Source: Chiloscyllium plagiosum
Taxonomy: Eukaryota
Direction: 5' to 3'
Length of the DNA stretch: 64,000 bases
Assembly: GCF_004010195.1 (NCBI RefSeq)
Contig: NC_057734.1
Location: 44,961,605-45,025,604 of the forward strand
Part shown: positions 1-12,752 of the stretch, one piece after another
How positions within the stretch are numbered: the first letter of the stretch is position 1
Layout of the letters: the number at the start of each line of letters is the position of its first letter
Notes under the pieces: model-generated
What the model saw: only the letters and a program-made list of their open reading frames with translations
Database searches by the model: none
Told to the model about the DNA's origin: nothing
Made by a program: the position numbers and the translations under genes

Positions 1-600
1 TCCATATCCGCCATAAATTCACCTGCACCTCCACACACATCATTTATTGAATCCGCTGCACCCGCTGTGGCCTCCTCTATATTGGGGAGACAGGCCGCCT
101 ACTTGAGAACACCTCTGGGACACCCGGACCGACCAACCCAACCACCCTGTAGCCCAACACTTTAACTCCCCCTCCCACTCCACCAAGGACATGCAGGTCC
201 TTGGACTCCTCCATCGCCAGACCATGGCAACACGACGGTTGGAGGAAGAGCGCTTCATCTTCTGCCTGGGAATCCTCCAACCACAAGGGATGAACTCAGA
301 TTTCTCCAGTTTCCTCATTTCCCCTCCCCCACCTTGTCTCAGTCAAATCCCTCGAACTCAGCACCGCCTTCCTAACCTGTAATCATCTTCCTGACCTCTC
401 CGCCCTCACCCCACGCCGGCCTATCACCCTCACCTTGACCTCCCTCCACCTATCGCATTTCCAAAGCCCCTCCCCCAAGTCCCTCCTCCCTACCTTTTAT
501 CTGAGCCTGCTGGACACACTTTCCTCATTCCTGAAGAAGGGCTTATGCCAGAAACATCAATTGTCTTGTTCCTTGGATGCTGCCTGACCTGCTGCGCTTT
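1..600 (+). mobile_element. Penelope-like retroelement, 3' part (GIY-YIG endonuclease remnant plus terminal repeat)
   Basis: Reads ...TCTSTHIIY*IRCTRCGLLYIGETGRLL...HFNSPSHS...RRLEEERFIFCLGILQPQGMN (GIY-YIG-like). Ends in a degenerate CTGAAGA-stem-GAAA hammerhead motif at about 531-558. Same family as 34038-34680. Confidence 0.85.
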
Positions 601-605
601 CCCCG

Positions 606-2640
606 TAATGTATTCCCCTGTTTCTGTCTTCAAGGGCCCAATTTTAGTCTTAACGATTTTTTTCCCTTTCACATACCTAAAAAAAGCTTTTACTATCCTC
701 CTTTATATTTTTGGCCAGTTTACCTTTGTACCTCAATTTTTCTCTGTGTATTTCATTCTTAGTAATCCTCTGTTGTTCTTTAAAAGCTTCCCAGTCCTCC
801 GTTTTCCCACTCATCTTTGCTATGTTATACTTTTTCTCTTTTAACTTTATATGTTCCTTGTCAGCCACAGCCACCCCTGCCTCCTCATAGGATCTTTCTT
901 CCTTTTTGGAATGAATTGATCCTGCATCTTCTGCATTATACCCAGAAATATCTGCCATTGTTCCTCCACTGTCATCCCTGCTAAGGTATTGCACCATTGA
1001 ACTTTGGCCAGCTCCTCCCTCATAGCTCCATAGTTCCCTTTATTCAACTGAAATATTGTCACTCCCGATTGTACCCTCTCCCTTTCAAATTGCAAATTGA
1101 AGCTTATTGTATTATGGTCACTACCTCCTAATGGCTCCTTCACTTCGAGGTCCCTGATCAATTCTGGTTCGTTGCACAATACCAGATCCAGAATTGCCTT
1201 CTCCCTGGTAGGCTTCAGCACCAGCAGTTCTAATAATCCATCTCGGAGGCACTCCACAAAGTCTCTTTCTTGAGGTCCAGTACCATCCTGATTCTCCCAG
1301 TCTACCTGCATTTTGAAATCCCCCATAACAACTGTAGTAACATCTATGCGACAGGCCAATTTCAGCTCCTTATTCAACTTACACCCTACATCCATACTAC
1401 TGTTTGAGGGCCTGTAGATAACTCCGAAAAGAGTCTTTCTACCCCTAGAATTTCTCAGCTCTATCCATACTGACTCTACATCCCCTGATTCTAGGACCCC
1501 CGCGCAAGGGACTGAATATCATCTCTTACCAACAGGGCCACCCCACCCCCTCTGCCCGTCAGTCTGTCCTTACGATAGCACGTATAGCCTTGAATATTCA
1601 TTTCCCAGGCCCTGTCCACATGAAGCCACATCTCAGTTATCCCCACAATATCGTAGCTGCCAATTTCCAAAAGAGCCTCAAGCTCATCTATCTTATTTCT
1701 AGTACCTCGTGCATTCATATATAGTATTTTTAATTTGTTACTGCCCTCACCCTTCCTATCAACTCCTATTTCACTCAACCTTACGGCATGATCCCTTTTT
1801 GAGTTTTCTGCTTCATTGATACCGTTGTCTTTCTTGACTTCCCTTGTTCTAACTTTCCTTTCAATTTTCTTCTTAAACTTCCAGTTTGTCCCCTCCCCCC
1901 CTGTTTAAACGCAGCTGTGTTGCAGTAGCAAACCTGCCTGCCAGAATGCTGGTCCCCATCCTATTAAGGTGCAAACCGTCTCTCTTGTAGAATTTATGTT
2001 TACAACAAAACATACCCCAGTGATCCAAGAATTTAAATCCTTGCTTCCTGCACCAGTTCCCCAGCCACACATTCAAGTCCATTATCTCTCTGTTCCTGGC
2101 TTCTCCAGCCCGAGGAACTGGAAGCAAACCGGAGATAACCACCCTGGGCGTCCTGCTTTTCAGCCTTCTTCCTAGTTCTTCGAAATCCCGCTGTAGTATG
2201 TTCCTCCTCTTCTTCCCGACATCATTTGTGCCGACATGTACCACCACCTCTGGCTCTTCACCTTCGCACTTGAGGATTTCCTGCACTCTGTCTGCGATGT
2301 CCTTAATCCTGCCACCAGGAAGGCAACACACCATCCTTAAATCCCGCCTGTTGCCACAGAAACCCCGTTCAGTTCCTCTCACTATAGAGTCCCTTATCAC
2401 CACGGCTCTGTGCGATGTCTGACTCTTCGGCTGTGCCTCCACGCCAACTTTTTATTGACAGACCTGACCGCCTTGCGGACTGGCAGTGTCATCTGTCTCT
2501 ACTGTTTCCAAAAGATTCAACTTCTTCCTGACAGGTACTTCCCCCGCGGTCGCTTGCACCTGTCTCCTCTCTGCCTTCCTCATCGTCTTCTCTCTTCTGC
2601 TCTCTTCTGGTATGGTTGGTGTAACAGCTCCCTGTTGAAC
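606..2640 (-). mobile_element. CR1-clade LINE, 5' portion: ORF1 SGNH/GDSL esterase and ORF2 AP endonuclease, disrupted
   Basis: ORF 1873..2442 has VVIRDSIVR, VHVGTND and DGLHLN esterase blocks. ORFs 1491..1778 and 847..1395 have LYMNARG, GITEMWL, RKDR..GRGGGVAL, MGDF, LDLVL and GSDHN APE motifs. Confidence 0.9.
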
Positions 2641-2759
2641 TTCTCACCGGTTCAAGACTGAACTAAAAACTGCTCAGCTCAGCTAGCTAGAGAGCTGACC
2701 CCTCTGAAAAAATCAAGATAGAGTCTCCTTGAGCCAAGGAACAGCTTTTAGAAAAAAAC

Positions 2760-4545
2760 GGACTAGCTTTGTGACACTAATACTGCAGTTTGGTAGGAAG
2801 GTTTACAAAATTCGGCAGGAAAAACAGTAGCTGAACAATGAGTTGCCTTCATAGAGAATTACATACTGTCAAGGATGTATTCCTTCAAAAGGGAGGGGCA
2901 GAGTAATCCAGAGCTTTCTGGATGACAAAGGAGATAGAAATTAAGGTAAGCAAGAAAAAAATGAGTGCCCTTTGAACTCCATTGGAAACTGCCTTCTAGT
3001 TCTCAGAACACTCGTAAAAAAATTTTATGTTTCCTGTCACCTGAACCAATTTTGTACCCACTCTCTGCAGAAATCCTCTGGATCCCATGGGCTTTTATTT
3101 TTAACTGGTCTGCCAAGCAGGAACTTGTCAAAAAGCCTTGTTAAAAGTCATAAAGACTGCACCAATTGCTCTACGTTCATCAATCCTTCTGGTTATTTCT
3201 CCTAAAAGCACAATCAAATTACATGCTAGGCTAGTGGGTGGCTTTACTTACACTTGACTCCTGGGATAATGATAGCAGAAGAGGTAGGAAATGTCAAGCA
3301 TTTCTAGATTATCTTTGGGACAATTTCCTTTAGGAGTGTGTCCAGTCCAACAAGAAATTAGTCCTGGTTCATGAGAATGAACTGGGTCAAATTGATCAAG
3401 TGACAGAAGGGGAACTTATAAGGGACTGTGCATCATAAGGTTTGGGTGGCAGTCCAAAATGATATTGGTCTATGCAGATTAAGCTTAACCTTTTGATGGC
3501 GTGCAGACTTCAATGGGGCAAGCATAGTTCTGGGCCACGTAGACCAGAATCAAAGTTTGGTAGGAAAAGAAGTAGCTGAACAAAGGGTTGCCTTCAAAGA
3601 TGAGATGGTTTAGCACAGTTAAGGATCAAAAGGCAGAGGTTAGGCAATCGAATCTAGAACGCCCTGGATGACAAAGGAGATAGCAATTAAATCAAGAAAG
3701 AAAAAGGAGTACTCGTAACAGGAATCACGTAGTAATTTCGTTGGGAATCAAGCCGAATACAGGAAATCCAGAACTGAGGTGAAAAAACAAATAGAAGAAG
3801 CAAAGAAGGATTATGAGAAAAGGACAGTAGCTAATATCAAAGGAAATCCCAAAAGTCTTTTATGAACGTGCAAACTCCACACAGTCAGTCGCCTGAGGCG
3901 GGTATTGAACCCGGGTCTCTGGCACTGTGAGGCAGCAGTGCTAACCACTGTGCCACTGTGCCGCCCCTTTAATATCAAAGGAAATCCCAAAAGTCTTTTA
4001 TAAGCATTATCAATTGTAAAAGGAGGGGTAAATCTGATTATAAAGGAGATTTAGATAGGCCCATGCAAGATAGTACAATGAAGGGTATATAGGTTAGACT
4101 GATCTTAGAATAGGATAAAAAGCTGCCACAAAATGGAGGGCTGAAGGACCTGTATTGGGCTGTAATGTTCTATATTCTATGTTCTGTACAGGCAAGAGGC
4201 ATGACAGAGGTTTTTAATTGATACTTTGCATCTGTCTTTACCTGTGAAGAAAATGCTGCCAGACTATGGTGACAGAGAAGGAAACTCAGGCACGAGAGGG
4301 TTTAAAATTAAAATGGTGCTATTGGTAATTAACGTTGGTAATGCACCAAAACTGCATGAGATCCATCCAAGAATTTTGAAGGAAGTGAGAATGAAAATTG
4401 CAGAAGCACTGGCAATTATTTTTCAATCGTCCCTTGATTTGGGATTAGTGCCAGAGAATTGAAGAATTGCAAATGTTATGCACTTATTCAAAAAATGTTG
4501 TAAAAATCAGCCTAGTCATTTTAACTTCAGTGGTAGGAATAATGT
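2760..4545 (+). mobile_element. Old fragmented CR1 LINE ORF2 remnants
   Basis: Fragments such as IHPRILKEVRMKIAEALAIIFQSSL (4226..4462) and the KGNPKSF-like linker. Confidence 0.65.
3864..3969 (-). mobile_element. tRNA-derived SINE (HE1/V-SINE-like), 5' head only, flanked by a 32-bp direct repeat
   Basis: Minus strand reads GGCGGCACAGTGGCACAGTGGTTAGCACTGCTGCCTCACAG...GGTTCAATACC (A/B boxes). Direct repeats at 3832-3863 and 3970-4001. Confidence 0.85.
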
Positions 4546-4555
4546 TACTACTAAG

Positions 4556-4900
4556 TGTGGCTCAGTGGTTAGCATGCTGCCTTATAGCATCAGGAACCTG
4601 GATTCAATTCCAGCCTCCGGCAACTGTCTGTGCAGAGTTTGCACTCTCTCTCCCTGTGTCTGTTGGGTTTCCACTGGGTACTCCAGTTTCTTTCCACAGT
4701 CGAAAGATGTGCAGGTTAACTGGCTTGATTATGCTAAATTGCCCACAGTGTCTAGGGATGTGCAGGCTAGGTGGATTAGCCATGGGGAAATGTGGGGTTT
4801 GGAAGGTGTAGTAGGGGTTGGGTCTAGGTAGGATCCTCTTCGGAGGGTTAGGGTGGATTTGATGGGCCAAATGGCCTGCTTCCACACTGTAGGGGTTCTG
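4556..4900 (+). mobile_element. HE1/V-SINE-like tRNA-derived SINE
   Basis: GTGGCTCAGTGGTTAGC head, GAGTTTGCAC...GGGTTTCC...AAAGATGTGCAGGTTA core, and CR1-like tail GGCCAAATGGCCTGCTTCCACACTGTAGG. Confidence 0.85.
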
Positions 4901-5108
4901 TAATAACCCTTCTCTGATAGTCCTTTTGCTTCTACTTCTCCTCTCTGCTCTTTCTAGCTTCAGCATATTTGCCTTTAGGAATCGCTAAATTCTGCTAATG
5001 TTTACTGAAACTGTTGATTTGCGAATGGGATCATTGTATCCTCTGAACTCATTATTGTTGTTCAGTTATTAATATTCATTTTCTAATTCTATTGATTTTC
5101 TTTCACAG

Positions 5109-5189
5109 AATATAAACTGGAAGTGGACAATAGGAATTTCTGCCATTGCATTGGGTAGTATGATTCTATATAAATGGAGATTATCTTAA
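5109..5189 (+). CDS. Candidate terminal coding exon of an unidentified upstream gene (NINWKWTIGISAIALGSMILYKWRLS*)
   Basis: Branch-point-like CTAAT, polypyrimidine tract and TTTCACAG acceptor at 5108. The phase-0 frame gives a hydrophobic helix plus short basic tail and stop, in non-repetitive DNA followed by AT-rich sequence with ATTAAA. Confidence 0.4.
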   Translation, partial: NINWKWTIGISAIALGSMILYKWRLS

Positions 5190-5419
5190 TCAGAATGCAA
5201 ACCCCATTTCAGATTAAAATAAGAATTTGCTTCAGATACTGCTGGAGTTGAGATATGTATAAACTGTTGATGAAAAATAATTTGCACATCTGTGTGTCAA
5301 ACTGATTTCAGCTCAGCAATTCAAACTGAACTGATATGCTTAAATATATATATTTACAAATATATTAAACTGTTTGGTGTCTTTTTTTCTTTAGTATATA
5401 AAGAGAAAAGAACTGGTTA

Positions 5420-6555
5420 CAACTAATGTAGATTCTTTACTGTGAGAAACGGGGGAATTTACAACGACAAACAGTAAAATGGCTGATGAGCTAATTGCAT
5501 ACTTCGCTTCTGTCTTCACAAAGGAGGACATGAATAACATACCAGAAATGATGGAGAGTGCAGGGATATGGAAGAACCAAAGCACACCTGTATCAGTAGA
5601 GAAATAATGATGGGGCAGTTGATGAAGTTGAAGGCCAATAACTTCCCAAGGTTTGATAATTGACATCCTAGAGTACTTACGGAAATGGTTCTAGAAATAG
5701 TGATGCATTGCTGGTTATCATTCAGGACTCTTCAGACTGTAGAACAGTTCCTACAGACTGGAGGGTAGCTAATGTAACCCTACTATTTTAAAAAGGGAGG
5801 CAGAGAGATAATTGAGTTGTTAACCAGTGAGTCTGACATTGGGTACTGGAAAAGATTAAGGTCGAGTTCATTGCGAAGGATTTTAGAGCACTTAGAAAAC
5901 AGTGGTAGAATTAAACACAATCAGCATGGATTTACGAAAGGGAAATATGCTTGACAAATCTTCTAGAATTCTTTGGGGATTTAACTCATAGAGTTGATCT
6001 GGGGAGCCAGTAAATGTGGTTTATTTGGACTTTCCAAAGGTTTTTGACAAAGTTCCATGAAATTCACTATTTGTTTAATGATTTAGATGAAGGAACTGAA
6101 TGTAATATCTTAAAATTTGCAGATGACACAAATCTGGGTGGAAGGGTGAGCTGTTAGCAGGATGCAGCAATGTTACAGTGTAATCTGGACAGGCTGAGTG
6201 AGTGGGCAAATGCATGGCCGAGATGTAGTGTGATGTGGATAAATGTGACGTTATCCACTCTTGTCACACAAATAGGTGGGTGGATTATTTTGCTGTAAAT
6301 TGAGAGAGGGAAATATTCAATAAGGATAAATTTGTTCTTTCAAAGGATTGTTAGCCTTGAAAGTCTTATGTTCAGTGAGTAGTGGGATCTGGGTCATCGA
6401 GTATTTGTAAGACGGAGGTAGACAGATTTTTGATCCAATAGGAAATCTAGCATCATCGAGGGAAGGCAGGAAATTAGAATTTAGGCTAAAGTCAGATTAA
6501 TGATGCTCTTATTGAATGATGGAGCAAGCTTAAGGAGGCTGAATGGCCTCCTGTT
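5420..6555 (+). mobile_element. Decayed CR1 LINE ORF2 (RT region) with 3' tail
   Basis: Typical CR1 segments: YFASVFTKED, PTDWRVANVTLLF, QHGFTKGK, KFADDT; tail GGCTGAATGGCCT. Confidence 0.75.
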
Positions 6556-8039
6556 ATTATAAAATAGCCAGACAATGCATTTAATCTTTTGGAAATATGC
6601 ATCCCAATATTCTGTAGCTCATAGTTCCCTCATCTGACTCAGCATCAGTCATCAGTTTATCATGATTTTCAATCAACCTATGTCAACTTTACCAAATCTC
6701 TGACTTTACATCTAGTTTTATTTTCTTCCAGGCGATGTCTCCAGTCTATTTGCCACACCTTCAAAGCATAGCTTGTGCTAACATAACCAATAGCAACCAA
6801 ATACACTTCACCTGACCAAGGGGTAGCACTCCAAAAGCTTGTGATTTCAAATAAACTTGTTTGACTATATCCTGGTGTCGTATGACTTCTGACCTTGACC
6901 AAATTCAGTATTCTACATGTGTTTTAATTTGCACATTTTGGCTGCTACTCCAGACTTGAGATCATTATTCCTATTTGTCCTTATCTCCAGGTTTGTTCTT
7001 TACTTCTCCTGTCATTATTCCTCCTTCTTTTCTTCACCTTCAGTTTTCTGCACTCACAAACATCAATTCTTCAGTAACTACTCCTACATTCCTGCTCCAA
7101 CCTTGGTATCAAATATCTGTACTCTTAAATAAGCTTACTCTCTTTGTGCTTGCACCAACTCTCTGAGTGACTATCATGACGGTGCCATTCTTCAGTCTTT
7201 TCCCTGTAACCCTACACATTTAAATAAACCTCTTGAATGTATCAGTTGAACCTGCTTCCACGTTACCAGGCAGTGCTTTCCAGATTGAACTACTCGCTTT
7301 GTGAAGAAGTTTCTATCATCATGTTTAGTTCTTCCAGTTTCAGGAAATCATTTCCATCTGTGCCATCTTTATTTTGCTCATTTACAACTGGAAACAATTA
7401 CTATATAGACCTTTACTATTTATTATACAAACTTCAATCATATCTTCTCTTAGCTTTCTTCTGTCCGAACTTCATCAATCTATCTTCAGATTTTAAGTTT
7501 CTCATCCCCAGACCATTCTTGTAAATCTCTTCCACACTCTTGCTAATGCTTTTACATCCTTACTAAAGTGTGACATCCAATTAGTACATAACATCCCAGC
7601 TCATGTCAAGCTAGCACTCATACAGTTTCAGCGAAACCTCCCTATTTTTGTATTCTATGCCACCAAAAATAATGTAGGCAAAATAGATCAAACAAAATTA
7701 GATTAAAAGAAGAGGTTGCTAAAAGGGGTGGCAGTCTTTAGCTCTTAGAAAAGTAGGGGTTAACAAATTATCCTCAGCTTGATACAAAGTGACTACAAGT
7801 ATATTGAATCTTTATAAAAACTGGTTACACCTCAGCTGGCTAACTTGCAATCAAATCTCTACCCCTACCACATTACCAAGTTGACTCACTGGAGACTGAA
7901 ATGCTATTCGGTGTAACTATAACAAATCTAAAGTATACCTCCTCTTCTACAACTATCTGCAGTCTTAGAAATAGTTGACCACAACATTCTACTCCACTAC
8001 ACGTGTGGTGTCTCCCACCTGACCTCCTCTAACGAAAAA

Positions 8040-8615
8040 GCGTGTAATGGGTTCGTAAGGTAAGGCTTTTTTTCATTTATTCAATCTCTGAGCAATTTAA
8101 AACCGAGGGAATAGCAGCTAGGGCAGTTGCATGCTCCTCTTGCAGGATGTGGAAGGTAAGGGTCACCATTGGTGTCCCTGCTGACTTCACCTGCAAGAAG
8201 CACACCCAACTCAGATCCTCACAGACAGCGTTAGGGAGCTGGAGCTGAATGAAATCCGGATCATTTGGGAGGCTGAGGGGGTGATAGGAGTTATAGGGAG
8301 ATAGTCACACCTACGTTAGAGGATAAAGGTAGCTGGGTGACTGTTAGGAGAGGAAAAAGGAAAAGGCAGACAGTGCAGGGACCCTCTGTTCCCCTCAATA
8401 ATAAGTTTACCATTTTGGATACTGTTGGGGACGGAAACCAATAACCAACAAAGCCTCAGTGGGCAGGCCTCTGCCACTGAGCTTGGCTCTATGGCTCAGA
8501 AGGCAAGGATGGAGAATAGGAGAGTGATATTAATAGGAGATTCAATGGTGAGAGGAAGACACAGTAGATTCTGTGGGTGCGAGCAAGACTCCCGGATGGT
8601 ATGTTGCCTCCTGGA
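8040..8615 (+). mobile_element. CR1 LINE 5' end/ORF1 fragment (zinc knuckle, coiled coil, start of esterase)
   Basis: AVACSSCRMW...FTCKKHTQL followed by VILIGDSMVRG...MVCCL (ORF 8425..). Confidence 0.75.
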
Positions 8616-8619
8616 TGCC

Positions 8620-11210
8620 AGCAGTGATCCCAATGATACCACTGACAAAACAGAACAGTCATCACAGGGATCCACAGAGGAGCAACCAAAGAAGGGGTCA
8701 ACTTGGACCCTACCAGAAAGCCGCTGCCCTGGGCTTGACATGTATGCTAAAACCGCCGGGAAATATGTGAATGCCAGATTCATCAGCCACACCCACAAGG
8801 CAGAGCAAAACATCACATGATCACAATGCAACGCCATCTATGCTCTCAAAACCAATCGCAATATTGTCATCAAATCAGCAGATAAAGGAGGATCCATCAT
8901 CATTCAGAATAGAACAGATTACTGTAAGAAAGTGTAGCGACAACTGAACAACCAGGAACACTACAGGCCGATCCAACCAAAGAGCACACTGGTGAACTAA
9001 AAACATTGATTAGAACTTTGGATCCACTCCTTCCGAGTTCCCTATGTCATCCAAGTATTTCTCACATGGACGACTTCTACTGCCTTCCAAAGATACACAA
9101 AGGCAACACACCAGGACGTCCCATCGTATCAGGCAATGTGAGAACCTCTCTGGCTATATCAAAGGCATCTTGAAACCCATTCTACAGGGGACCGCTGGCT
9201 TCTGTCACTACACCTACAAATTTCTTACAGAAACTCAGCACCCACGGACCAGTTGAACTGGGAACATTACTCGTCACAATGGATGTTTCAGCACTCTACA
9301 CCAGCATCCCCCATGATGATAGCATCACGGCAACAGTCTCAGTACTCAATCCCCGAGCACCATCCTACAACTCATCTGCTTCATCCTTCGACAACCAGTT
9401 CTTTGTCTAGACACAAGGAATAGCCATGGGGAACAAACTTGCACCCCGATAAGCCAACATCATCATGTACAAGTTCGAACAAGACTTCTTTTCTGTACAC
9501 GACCTCCAACTAACACTATACATCAGATATATTGATGACATTTTCTTCCTCTGAACCCATGGCAAGGAGTTATTGAAACAACTACGCAGTGATATCAATT
9601 AGTTTAATTCCACTATCGGACTGACCATGGACTACTCTTTAGTATCTGTCTCATTCTTGGACATGTATCTCCATCAAGGATGGTCACCTCAGCACCTCAC
9701 TGTACCACAAACCCCCGGATAACCTCATGATGCTGCACTTCTCTGGCTTCCACCTGAAACATATTAAAACAGCCATCCCCTATGGACAAGCCCTCTGCAT
9801 GGACAGGATCTGTTCAGATGAGGAGGAAAACAACGGACACTTAAAAGTGCTCAAGGATGCCCCCATAAGAACAGCGTACGATGCTCAACTCATCGACTGC
9901 CAGTTCCAACGTGCCAAAGTGAGAAGCCATAATGACGTCCTCAGAATACAGACACAGGCTGCAACTGATAGGGTATCCTTCATCGTCCAGTATTCCCGGG
10001 AGCTGAACGACTATGCCATGTTCTTCACAGCCTGCAACACATTATCGATAAGGACTAGCACTTCGCCAAGACCTTTCCTGCGTCTCCTCTTCTCGCCTTT
10101 AAACAACTAACAAACCTTAAACAGATCATGATTCATAGCAAACTGCCCAGCCTTCAGGACAACAACATTGTACAACGCTACCACAGCAGCTGCTGCAAGA
10201 GTATCGACACAGGTAACACCATTACACATGGGGACACATCCCACCATGTATGTAGCAAGTATTCATTGACTCGGCCAAAGTGGTCCATTTCATATGTTGC
10301 AGGCAAGGAAGCCCTGAGGCATGGTACATTGGTGAGACCAAGCAGATGCTATTACAGCAGTTGAATGGACACCGCACAACAATCACCAGGCAGGAGTGTT
10401 CCCTCCCAGTCAGGGAACACATCAGCGGTCAGGGACATTCGGCCTCGGATCTTCTGGTGGCCATCCTCCAAGGCAGACTTCAGAACAAGCAATAACGCAA
10501 GTGGCTGAGCAGAAGCTGATTGCAAAGTTCGGTATGAATGGGAATGGCCTCAATGGGAACCTTGGGTTCATATCACACTAAAGGTGACCCCACTGCACAA
10601 TACACTCTTTCTCACACACGCTCCTACATACTCACACACCGACGCCGACCCTCCATCATACACAAGCTCTATCTCATTTGGATACACATACACCCCCCCC
10701 GCACTCAGTGACACACACATACCCCATCCCACACACACACACACACACATAACTAAGCTGACACATACACTCTATTTCATGCACTCACACACACACTCAA
10801 TCTATCACTCCTACAAGCGTGCACATATAAGCTTATGGGGTGAATTGTTTTTGCAGAATTACATTTTATTTTGCTGCATGAATCCATGTAAAACTCTTTA
10901 AAATCTACGGAGGGTTTGTCAGTCTGACATAACATTGGGATACAGACAGACTTCACACCTATTGTTTAAAAAGCTGAGCCATTTTGAGAATGTAATTTAA
11001 AAGATATTCTGGAATTTACACATCAAAGAACAGAAACCAGCATATCCCATTATAAAAGATGAAAGTTTTAATCTAAGAGTGTTTATTGTATCACATTTCC
11101 ATGGCACTGGACCCGTTTGGCAATAAATTCTGTGAGCATGATCTTCTCCACAACCACCGTTTGAGTGGTGCTCCGAAAGCTTCTGCTTCCAAATAAACCT
11201 GTTTAACTAT
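8620..11210 (+). mobile_element. Penelope-like retroelement, near full length, pseudogenised RT and GIY-YIG
   Basis: KSADKGG, GRPIVSG, MDVSALYTSIP, GIAMG, RYIDDIFF (about 9525), AIPYGQAL, WYIGETKQ. CA-rich 3' region and a PLE-type terminus at about 11150-11210. Confidence 0.88.
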
Positions 11211-11292
11211 GTTCAATGCCTAATTCCATTTTCCTACATGCCCCTTATCGACTTGAAGGATTGAAAACAACAAATGCTGGAACTAACAGCAT

Positions 11293-11864
11293 GTCATGGT
11301 TCTGTTCGCCGAGCTGGGAATTTGTGTTGCAGACGTTTCGTCCCCTGTCTAGGTGACATCCTCAGTGCTTGGGAGCCTCCTGTGAAGCGCTTCTGTGATG
11401 TTTCTTCATTTATAGTGGTTTGTCTCTTCTGCTTCCAGTCAGTTCCAGCTGTCCGCTGCAGTGGCCAGTATATTGGGTCCAGGTCGATGTGTTTGTTGAT
11501 AGAATCTATGGATGAGCGCCATGCCTCTAGGAATTCCCTGGCTGTTCTCTGTTTGGCTTGTCCTATAATCGGTTTCCTGAAGAAGGGCTTATGCCCAAAA
11601 CGTCGATTCTCCTGCTCCTTGGATGCTGCCTGACCTGCTGCACTTTTCCAGCAACACATCTTTCAGCTCTGATCTCCAGCATCTGCAGTCCTCACTTTCT
11701 CCTATAATCGTAGCGTTGTCCCAGTCGAACTCATGTTGCTTGTCATCCCCGTGTGTGGCTATTAAGGATAGACAGGGGACGAAACGTCTGCAACACAAAT
11801 TCCCAGCTCAGCGAACAGAACCGCAACAACGAGCACCCGAGCTACAAATCTTCTCCCAAACTTT
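11293..11864. mobile_element. Poseidon-type Penelope terminal remnant with inverted ends and 13-bp TSD, itself interrupted by another PLE insert
   Basis: TSD GAACTAACAGCAT at 11280-11292 and 11865-11877. Inverted termini at about 11298-11350 and 11769-11822. AREFLEAW...INKHIDLDPIY on minus. Confidence 0.8.
11572..11699 (+). mobile_element. Short PLE terminal insert with 11-bp TSD
   Basis: TSD TCCTATAATCG at 11561-11571 and 11700-11710. Contains CTGAAGAAGGGCTTATGCCCAAAACGTC. Confidence 0.8.
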
Positions 11865-12004
11865 GAACTAACAGCATCTCATGAAGAATCATCTAGACTC
11901 GGAATGTTAGCTTGCTCTCTCTCTATGGATGCTGCCTGACCCGCTGTGATCTGAAGCGTTTGCTGTTTTCAGTACAGGTTCCAACATCTGCAGTAAGTTG
12001 TTCT

Positions 12005-12228
12005 TGACTTGATTGGACAGGACTGTCTGGAGCGGTGACGTCACAATCAAGACAGCGCCGTCCCGTCCATAGGTTGAATGGCTGGCTGTCTTGTGAATAT
12101 TAATACCTGATGGTTAAGCTAACGCTGATTGGTGAATCGTCCTTCCGGGGCTGGTGTCGTGGTTCCACCCCTGGCCGTTTATTGGTCAAATTACTAATGA
12201 CGTGTACGCTGTCAGTCAAAGCGGAAGG
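12005..12228 (+). promoter_or_regulatory. C22orf39: C22orf39 proximal promoter/5'UTR
   Basis: Palindromic CRE TGACGTCA at 12036-12043. ATTGG (reverse CCAAT) boxes at about 12012, 12128 and 12181. Half-CRE TGACGT at about 12198. CpG enriched, with a YY1-like GATGGCGG over the ATG. Confidence 0.65.
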
Positions 12229-12252
12229 ATGGCGGATGGGGAGTTCTGGAGA
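12229..12252 (+). CDS. C22orf39: C22orf39 (UPF0545) coding exon 1: MADGEFWR
   Basis: ATG followed by donor GTGAGT at 12253. Resembles the human N-terminus MADGSGWQ and is in phase with exon 2. Confidence 0.88.
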
Positions 12253-12584
12253 GTGAGTGAGGGCCTTGACCTCCCCATCTGGGATAAGGTTCCAGGGAGG
12301 ATATTTCACCATAGCTTTACATTTTATTGTAATGGAAAGTAGATGGACATCAAGTGCAAAGGTTAAATGACCTGGTTTCTCCATTCGACATGTCTAGATG
12401 CTCAGTGCTCTCTGAAGTCAGGACTGCGCTCATTCAGACAGTATTACCACAAACACGGCTTTGCTATATTTTACTGCGGAGAGTTTAAATTCTAGACACT
12501 GAAGTTGACAATAACCCTTTACTAATTAGTTTACGGAGTTCGTTAAACTATCCTGACCTCTAACTGCCTGTCATGTCATTACAG

Positions 12585-12752
12585 CCTCCTCGGGCCTGTG
12601 ATGATTATCGGAGTGAGTGGAAACACTGCCGGAGTCTGAGAAATCTCTTCCATCACTATTACACGTACGGAAAGTTCCCCTTGTGTAAACAGTGGAAGAA
12701 AGATTACAACAGTTGCATGGAATGGGAACACTTTAAATCTACTGAGGCTAAG
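12585..12752 (+). CDS. C22orf39: C22orf39 coding exon 2
   Basis: TTACAG acceptor and GTGAGA donor. PPRACDDYRSEWKHCRSLRNLFHHYYTYGKFPLCKQWKKDYNSCMEWEHFKSTEAK matches the UPF0545 family pattern. Confidence 0.93.

Noticed and set aside
1-12000. Expected UFD1 exons upstream of C22orf39
   Set aside because: No UFD1-like peptide was recognised; the gene is probably outside the window.
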